Positions 8,901-13,959 of a DNA stretch of 33,050 bases are shown here, in pieces. The first letter of the stretch is position 1, and each line of letters starts with the position of its first letter. The notes under the pieces are model-generated. The model saw only the letters and a program-made list of their open reading frames with translations, did no database searches and was not told the origin of the DNA. The position numbers were made by a program, and so were the translations under genes. The DNA lies in NCBI GenBank assembly GCA_044867365.1, contig JBIOUT010000046.1:1-33050 (forward strand), written 5' to 3'. This DNA is from Candidatus Eiseniibacteriota bacterium (GTDB taxonomy: Bacteria; Eisenbacteria; RBG-16-71-46; CAVPCR01).

Positions 8901-10464
8901 GCACCTCCTCGAGCTCCGCCGCGGAGCGGAAACGAGCTTCCGGCTTGCGTGCCAGGAGAGTGCGAATGATCTCCTGGAAGAAGGGAGTGAGCGTGAGTGC
9001 CGCCGCATCCATCGATGGCTCTTCATCGGCGAGGACTCGACGGCGGTAATCGGCGAAATCGCGAGCGGGGTGGGGATGCTTGCCGGTCGCAAGCTCGCAG
9101 AGCATGACGCCGAGCGCGAAGAGGTCGGCGCGCCCGTCGGGGACGCCACTCTCCCCAGCCATTTGCTCGGGCGCGGCGTAGTGGAGCGTTCCCTCGCCGG
9201 CCGGTGGCTCCACGAGCTCGATGGTGCGACCGGCGCGGATGAAGACCGTCTCGGGACGAAGGTGTCGGAAGGTGCGGCCGGTGGCGTGGAGCCTGGCGAG
9301 GGCGGCGGCGATCTCTCGGCCGATGTAGCGACAAAAAGTCTCGGGGAGACGACCCATCTCGTTCTGCAGGTCGCGCAGCGACTGTCCTTGGTCATCGCCA
9401 TGCACCTCGAACGCCAGGAGGGTCGTGGCCAGAATCTCGCGCAACGCCTCAGCGCTCGGCGGCCGGTCCTCGGCTCGCTGGGCGAGGGCTTGCTCCACCG
9501 CCTCCACGACGACCGCGGGAAGATCGGGGCGCGCCTCGTGCAGTGGCACCCGTTCTCCTCGCCGGTGCTTCTCCTCCAGCTCGAGGATGGTCTTGCCGGT
9601 GACCGGGTGCCGCCCGCTCAGGAGCTGATACAAGAGCACGCCGAGGGCATACAGATCCGACGTTGCCCGGGGCGTTTCCCCGCGGAATAGCTCCGGAGCC
9701 ATCGCAATCGGCGTCCCGGTGAGGGCAGCGCCGCCGGGGTCCGAGGGATGCTCCGCAAAGAGAATGGCGGAGCCGAAATCGGCGACGATGATCCGCCCGG
9801 TCTCTTCGCACAGGACATTGGCTGCCTTGAGATCGCCATGCACGAGTCCGGCGGCATGAATGGCGCTCAACGCCCGGCAGAGCTCGATGCCGATGAGCAC
9901 CGCTTCGGCGGCCGGGAGCGTTCCCTCGGCTTCCAACCGATCAGCGAGCGTTCGACCCGGGACGAGGTCGGTCCATAGCCCCACTTGCCCGCCGTGGATG
10001 TCCGCTCCATGAACGACGAGGACATTGGGATGGCGGACCCGGGCCAGGTTCCGCGCTTCCTCGAGATTGCGGCGGGACGCGGCGATCGAACGGTCGGTCT
10101 GCCGGAGCTTGAGCGCCACCTCGCGCAGGAGGACGGTGTCCTGGGCGCGATAGATCTCGCCGAAGCTGCCGGAGCCGAGATGCTCGAGCAAGCGGAAGGG
10201 TCCCCATTGACCGAGTCCGGCCGCGGCGGTCGCGGATCCGGAGCTCGATGGCTCACCGCCGGTGGTCGCGGCCGATCGATGAGTCTGCACCGCCGATCGA
10301 TGAGCTCGCACCACCCCTTCGAGCAATTGGTATGCGGCGATGGGGATCTTTCGCCGCCCATGGCTATCCTCGACTCGGCCCCAATCGATCGAGCCTTCCT
10401 CGTCGAGAGCAGCGGCGAGCTCGAGGCGGAGCTTGTGATCGGAGTCAGGCCGAGCGCTCCTCAT
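5956..10464 (-). CDS. Multidomain Ser/Thr protein kinase: N-terminal 88-aa region, non-RD Hanks kinase domain, degenerate second kinase C-lobe (pseudokinase), AAA_16/STAND P-loop NTPase, long TPR array (1502 aa)
   Basis: Kinase motifs: LGSGSFGEIY (G-loop), VALKL (Lys), HGDLKAANVL (catalytic loop, G instead of R), ADFGSA, MAPELF. Second module aa ~365-520: RHLRPETVF, no DFG, YAAPEQ, DLFALGVMLCELATGKHPH, RKPEARF. Walker A LLTGEAGIGKSRL (aa 581-592, nt ~8695-8718) and Walker B-like TLLMLEDLH. Many ~40-aa TPR units in aa ~990-1460. ATG 10464 lies 20 nt inside the upstream sigma gene. Confidence 0.92.
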   Translation of the reverse strand: MRSARPDSDHKLRLELAAALDEEGSIDWGRVEDSHGRRKIPIAAYQLLEGVVRAHRSAVQTHRSAATTGGEPSSSGSATAAAGLGQWGPFRLLEHLGSGSFGEIYRAQDTVLLREVALKLRQTDRSIAASRRNLEEARNLARVRHPNVLVVHGADIHGGQVGLWTDLVPGRTLADRLEAEGTLPAAEAVLIGIELCRALSAIHAAGLVHGDLKAANVLCEETGRIIVADFGSAILFAEHPSDPGGAALTGTPIAMAPELFRGETPRATSDLYALGVLLYQLLSGRHPVTGKTILELEEKHRRGERVPLHEARPDLPAVVVEAVEQALAQRAEDRPPSAEALREILATTLLAFEVHGDDQGQSLRDLQNEMGRLPETFCRYIGREIAAALARLHATGRTFRHLRPETVFIRAGRTIELVEPPAGEGTLHYAAPEQMAGESGVPDGRADLFALGVMLCELATGKHPHPARDFADYRRRVLADEEPSMDAAALTLTPFFQEIIRTLLARKPEARFRSAAELEEVLAEAERSEFWSDRSSRLTAARPRRLVTSPQTAFCGRRSEMGKLTQAWDAVCNGEARVVLLTGEAGIGKSRLLGELVDAVAANADEVHLLAGSSAPTSETRSLSGFAAAYRAHLGGQDPARALAALLPEAPPAAQALAALISGSDDGHAEASASEPLQVALVETALALARQRPTLLMLEDLHFAAEEERNAFLVLARTAPGHRLLLVASARSDLPAEWQSELERLPHTARIDLGGLSDDDSRIFLTDLLGSEILADELRGELVHRSDGNPFVMLELLRVLEGNGQLVRGADGRWKQNPHASIRDFPLPETLANLIRARAAQLGPAEREVLETASCCGFGFDPMLIAEARRITPLVLFRSLAALEHPHRLLRSGEPSYSFEHHYVQEAIYSGLPPALRQTYHLAIAESLEKRLEGAREPDAAQEPATIRGAQAVDLALHFLRGGALDRVLPLLEAAVGHLEATLNSTALLALVSEVLQHEDALPERERIDLLLRQAQHLAILGHHREQHRVYERALLTAETTGDAVLRARVRTQLGRYLSDRSHYTQARTVLVQALELSRAAEHGELEAKAMSGLGSIDCLLGRYEEAIQESEQAIGLARRVQSLADECEATKNLGSVHLTQGRPAAARDCFERALDLARATGAPQLEAAMLGRLGSAQVDLGDWEAAESCFRRQIALCRRSGYRQGEGRGSGSLARVLFRRGKLEEARTLWERQLTIQRQTGYRKGEATALGNLSLLADHMGQFAEAMRLREEHVSLSREMADAEGILFGECGNAAYYTYLGDHPRARTAFRAALSLARSLNQTPREVTARLYGCILAEHEGDLTRAAAEYKEAAAMARKNGTRWAYAQMLLTYGDFLRRHPMQADPTRGASLLEEALVIGREIGSAQVEVCALTSLAMIKRDDPAPAAAAFSASASQMSALSRMEVAFNLWRLTGEGRYLAEAHRILIYIRDHAPEEYRESMMSQVPLHREIRAAWEAGTA

Positions 10465-11050
10465 CGATGATCTCTGCCAGGCGCGCCAGTGAGCGGGTGA
10501 CCCGCATGCGCGCGGCGTTGGCGGAAGCGCAACCGATCGCGCTCGCGATCTCCTGATGGCTCCATCCGAATTCCACTCTCAGGATCACCGCTTCGCGCTG
10601 GATGGGTGATAGACGGGCGAGCGCATCTTCGTAACGCTCGACCGCCTCGCGTCCGATCGCCTCCTCGAGGAGCGAAGGCTTTTGATCGGCGAGGTTCGGC
10701 GGAAGCTCGCCGGCGTGTTCCGGGGCGATCCGCGACCGGCGCAACTGGTCGCGCATCGAGTTGAGGAGGATGCGGCGAAGGTAGGCGAGGAAAGCGCCCT
10801 CCCGGCGCGGCTCGAAAGTGTCGAGTCGGGCGAGGGCGCGTACTAAGGTGATCTGGACCAGGTCATCGGTATCGCCGGGACCCCGGGCGTAGAGGGGCAG
10901 CCGCCCATGGGCCCAGGTCTGCAGGATGGGCAGGTAGCGGCGGAAGAGGGCATCGCGGGCCGGGGCATCGCCGTCACGTGCTCGCGAGAGGAGATCTGCG
11001 GTCGATTCCACCGGCGGCGGATGCCGCCGCGCGCGGGAACCCTCCACCAC
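10445..11050 (-). CDS. ECF-type RNA polymerase sigma-70 family factor
   Basis: Region 2 (DTDDLVQITLVRALARLDTFEPRREGAFLAYLRRILLNSMRDQLRR) and region 4 HTH (LSPIQREAVILRVEFGWSHQEIASAIGCASANAARMRVTRSLARLAEI). GTG start at 11050 immediately follows the TAA stop (11051-11053) of the upstream gene. Confidence 0.92.
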   Translation of the reverse strand: MVEGSRARRHPPPVESTADLLSRARDGDAPARDALFRRYLPILQTWAHGRLPLYARGPGDTDDLVQITLVRALARLDTFEPRREGAFLAYLRRILLNSMRDQLRRSRIAPEHAGELPPNLADQKPSLLEEAIGREAVERYEDALARLSPIQREAVILRVEFGWSHQEIASAIGCASANAARMRVTRSLARLAEIIDEERSA

Positions 11051-11719
11051 TTAACACCCTGGAGCGTGATGGATCCCCAGCTTGTCGAGGGCGAGCGATT
11101 GCAGCTCCTCGGCCAGCCTGAGGGTGCCGATTACGGCCTCGCGCGCCCTCCCCTGCGCCTCAGGAGTGGTGGCAAGTCGGCGGAGCAAGCGCTCGCCCAG
11201 CTGGTGATGGTAACGCTCGTCGACGTTGATCGTGTCGCGATAGAGAGCCGCGGTCTTGGCGTCTCCTCGTGATTCGCAAAGGGCGATGAATTGCGCATTC
11301 TTTACGAGCGCGATTCCCTCGCGCGCGAACTGGCCGGCCGCTACGCGCCCGACCGTATCGGTGAGCTGGTCCAGGTAGTTGAAGAGCGGAGAAAACCCCT
11401 TGGCGAAGGGGTTGTATTCACTCAGGTTGGCTCCAAGTTCGAGCAGGCGATCGTAGATCAAGCGATAATGTTTGGATTCGTCGCCCACTTGCCGGGCGAG
11501 TGCGATCTTGATCTCCGGGTCGCCGGTGAGCGGAATCCAGCGGGCGGCGATCTCGGTGGCCTCCATCTCGTTCTTGAGCGCCGCGCGAAGGAGCGCCTGA
11601 AGATCGAGCTTGGGGTCGTCGGCGCGCAGGGCCGCGCCGGGTTCGAGGCGGGCGAGAAGATCGCGCAGGGTCTCCTGGAGCTCGTCGACAAAGAGGCCGG
11701 CGCTGCTGGTCGTCGTCAT
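11051..11719 (-). CDS. Ferritin-like superfamily protein with a complete diiron-carboxylate motif set (222 aa)
   Basis: Four-helix pattern with E51/E53/E56 ... E81-S-K-H84 and E134 ... E168-R-Y-H171, i.e. two E-X(~30)-E-X2-H units. No signal peptide. SD AGGATGG lies 6 nt upstream of ATG 11719. Exact family not recognised. Confidence 0.65.
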   Translation of the reverse strand: MTTTSSAGLFVDELQETLRDLLARLEPGAALRADDPKLDLQALLRAALKNEMEATEIAARWIPLTGDPEIKIALARQVGDESKHYRLIYDRLLELGANLSEYNPFAKGFSPLFNYLDQLTDTVGRVAAGQFAREGIALVKNAQFIALCESRGDAKTAALYRDTINVDERYHHQLGERLLRRLATTPEAQGRAREAVIGTLRLAEELQSLALDKLGIHHAPGC

Positions 11720-11794
11720 GAGTCCATCCTAGCAGCGGGGGCAGGCGGCGGCCACCAGGACACCGCCCCAAGGAGGAGGCTCGACTTGGGCCGC

Positions 11795-12343
11795 ATGATC
11801 GCGCACAATGCGCGCATGAGACTTCCCATGCCTCGAATCGCTGTTTTGTGCCTGGGCGCGGCCCTGGCCCTGAGTTTGGCCTGCCACAGGAGCGGCGTCA
11901 GCTCCACGACCACCACCACCACTACGACCGAAGCTACGCAGCCGGGGCAAGCCCAGGAGCCTGCGCAAACGGCGGCGATCCCCGAGATCACCTACGAGCT
12001 CACCGGCGGGATCGCCGGGTTCCAGCTCCGTCTTCACATCGATCGCGAGGGGATGGCAAAGGTCTATGATCGGGGAAACCCGGTCCGTGGCGGCCAGCTC
12101 AGCGCCCAGGACTGGCAGGATGTGCAAAGGCTCGTCGATGCGGCGGAGCTTCCGGCGCTGGCCAGGACTTATGGGCGGGATGGGGCAGTGGTCGATGCCA
12201 TGCGCGAAGTGGTGACGGTCGAAAGCGGCGACAAGTTCGTGCAAGTGGCGGCGGTGACCGATCCGTCGGAACAGCCTCCCCAGGGGTTTGTCGAATTGAC
12301 TCGCCGCCTCATGGAGCTTACCAACACCCTGCCTCCTGACTGA
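11795..12343 (+). CDS. Lipoprotein with poly-Thr linker and a GGIAG-containing globular domain (possibly emfourin-like)
   Basis: Lipobox LALSLAC, then SSTTTTTTTTEATQPGQAQEP linker, then ITYELTGGIAGFQLRLHIDREG...LSAQDWQDVQRLVDAAELPAL. The tracked ORF 11291..12343 is over-extended antisense into the ferritin-like gene. In-frame start candidates are TTG 11786 (5 nt after AAGGAGGAGG), ATG 11795, ATG 11816 and ATG 11828. Confidence 0.7.
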   Translation: MIAHNARMRLPMPRIAVLCLGAALALSLACHRSGVSSTTTTTTTTEATQPGQAQEPAQTAAIPEITYELTGGIAGFQLRLHIDREGMAKVYDRGNPVRGGQLSAQDWQDVQRLVDAAELPALARTYGRDGAVVDAMREVVTVESGDKFVQVAAVTDPSEQPPQGFVELTRRLMELTNTLPPD

Positions 12344-12352
12344 CGGATCGAT

Positions 12353-13957
12353 ATGGTCGTGCTCACGTCTCCCGCCGTCCTTCCGGCCACCGAGCCCGAG
12401 GTGCGGCTGATCAACTGCTTCGACCGCCCGCTCGACAATGCCATTGCGGCGGCGCGCACCTGCTACTCCTCCCGCGGCGTGGTGACCCCGGAGGAAGTGG
12501 CGGGGGATGGGCTCCCGGAAGCGGAGCGGAAAGAGCGCGCCGAGCGGCGGAATGCTCTCGCTCGCGATCTCTATCGGGCCGGTCACCACACGACCTTCCA
12601 GCACGTTCATCTCCAGTATGTGCTCGATCGCGTGTCGAGACAGTTCATATGGTCGTTCCTGCATGCCCATCCCTTCTACAACTCGGAGCAGGTGAGCCAG
12701 CGATATGTCGAGGTGAAGCCGGATGCCTTTTATGTGCCGCCGCTTCCGGAGGCGGCGCGGCAGCGCTACCTCGAGGTGGCGCGGCGGCAGATCGAGGACT
12801 ATCAGGCCCTGGCAACCGACCTCGAGCCGATCGTCGCCGCCGAGTTCTATCGCATCTTTCCGGCGCGCTCCCGGCAGCCGGAGCGCTGGGCCAAGGCGAT
12901 CGAGAAGCGGGCGCTCGAGGTCGCGCGTTACGTTCTTCCGGTCGCCACCCTGTCCCGCCTCTATCACACGATCTCGGCGATAACCCTCCTGCGCTACCAC
13001 CGCCTCGCCGCCCAGTACGACGCTCCCTACGAGCAGCGGCAGGTCGTGTCGAAGATGGTGGAGGAGCTGCTGCGGGTCGATCCCGCTTACGCCGAGGTGA
13101 TCGATGATCCCATCGAGCTCGAGGAGACGCTCGAGCATCGCTTTTATGCGGCGCACCAGGTGCCGAGTCCCGCCGATCATCGCGCCTTCGTCCAGGAGTT
13201 CGACCGTGAGCTCGACCGCCTCACGTCACGGCTCATTGCCCGCAAGGAGGACAACGAGTCGGTGCTCGCAAGCTCGGTGCGCGAGGTGCTCGGTTTGCCA
13301 CGGGGCCAGCTCGACGACGACGCGGCGATTACTCTCGTGCTCGATCCGGCGCATAATCGCTATCTCGGCGATTCGCTCAACCTGACCACTCTCTCCAAGC
13401 TGTCGCGCTGTCTCGTTCATCCTTCGTACACGTTCATGAAACGCCTCAGCCATGCCGCCGACTCACAGGATCAACGGCACCGCGCCACCCCCGCGAGCCG
13501 CCCTTGCCTTCCCGCCTATCTCGGACACGATCCCGACGCGGTGCTGCCGGTCTTGGTGAGAGCCGACGAACGGGTGAGGCGCCGCTACGAAGACAGCCTG
13601 GAAGCCACCTGGGAAGGGATTGCGGCGGTGCGCAAGCTCGGAGCGACGGCCGAGTTCGCGGCTTATCTGCTGCCCAACGCGGTGGCGATTCGATTCACCG
13701 AGTCGGCCGATCTTTCCGGGCTCTGGCACAAGCTCGAGATGCGCCTCTGTTACAACGCCCAGGAGGAGATCTGGCAAGCATCGGTGGACGAGGCCCGACA
13801 GATCGCGGCGGTGGAGCCTCGGATCGGCAGTCACTTGCTACCGCCCTGCACCGTTCGGCTGCGGGCGGGCACCCGTCCCATTTGCCCCGAGGGCAAACGA
13901 TTCTGCGGGGTGCGCGTTTGGGACCTCCCGGTTTCCGCGTACGAGCGGCTCATCTAG
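12353..13957 (+). CDS. Long (534 aa) divergent ThyX/Thy1-like protein (FAD-dependent thymidylate synthase family), apparently two-lobed
   Basis: N-half: RTCYSS, GHHTTFQHVHLQY, RVSRQFIWSFLHAHPFYNSEQVSQRY (a ThyX RHRx7S..RY-type motif with HAH in place of RHR). C-half: SHAADSQDQRHRATPASR (RHR present) and LEMRLCYNAQEEI. Family call from motif memory only. Confidence 0.6.
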   Translation: MVVLTSPAVLPATEPEVRLINCFDRPLDNAIAAARTCYSSRGVVTPEEVAGDGLPEAERKERAERRNALARDLYRAGHHTTFQHVHLQYVLDRVSRQFIWSFLHAHPFYNSEQVSQRYVEVKPDAFYVPPLPEAARQRYLEVARRQIEDYQALATDLEPIVAAEFYRIFPARSRQPERWAKAIEKRALEVARYVLPVATLSRLYHTISAITLLRYHRLAAQYDAPYEQRQVVSKMVEELLRVDPAYAEVIDDPIELEETLEHRFYAAHQVPSPADHRAFVQEFDRELDRLTSRLIARKEDNESVLASSVREVLGLPRGQLDDDAAITLVLDPAHNRYLGDSLNLTTLSKLSRCLVHPSYTFMKRLSHAADSQDQRHRATPASRPCLPAYLGHDPDAVLPVLVRADERVRRRYEDSLEATWEGIAAVRKLGATAEFAAYLLPNAVAIRFTESADLSGLWHKLEMRLCYNAQEEIWQASVDEARQIAAVEPRIGSHLLPPCTVRLRAGTRPICPEGKRFCGVRVWDLPVSAYERLI

Positions 13958-13959
13958 CG

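Noticed and set aside
5956-10464. STAND NTPase-TPR protein considered as an Avs/NLR-like antiphage defence gene
   Set aside because: It has no nuclease, protease, Sir2 or TIR-type effector domain. Its N-terminal module is a Hanks kinase, and the gene overlaps an ECF sigma gene, which points to signalling. Defence cannot be excluded, but nothing in the sequence supports it.
11717-11732. TAGGAT hexamer 6 nt upstream of the ferritin-like ATG, considered as a leaderless -10
   Set aside because: Only 4/6 to consensus, with a poor -35. The same bases are better explained as the SD (AGGA) for ATG 11719.
11291-11794. N-terminal 170 aa of tracked ORF 11291..12343
   Set aside because: It runs antisense through the ferritin-like gene. 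The lipoprotein signal peptide and SD define a start near 11786-11828.
11729-13180. 483-aa minus-strand ORF covering the lipoprotein and ThyX-like genes
   Set aside because: It lies antisense to two plus-strand genes that have clear motifs. Its composition is Arg/Gly/Pro/Leu-rich with no motif. This is a typical high-GC shadow ORF.
13504-13959. N-terminal 152 aa of tracked ORF 13504..16374. The same logic applies to 19201-19413, 25067-25294 and 30642-30827.
   Set aside because: These extensions overlap the 3' ends of well-supported upstream genes in another frame. The real starts (GTG 13960, ATG 19414, ATG 25295, ATG 30828) sit at or next to the upstream stop codons and give sensible N-termini.
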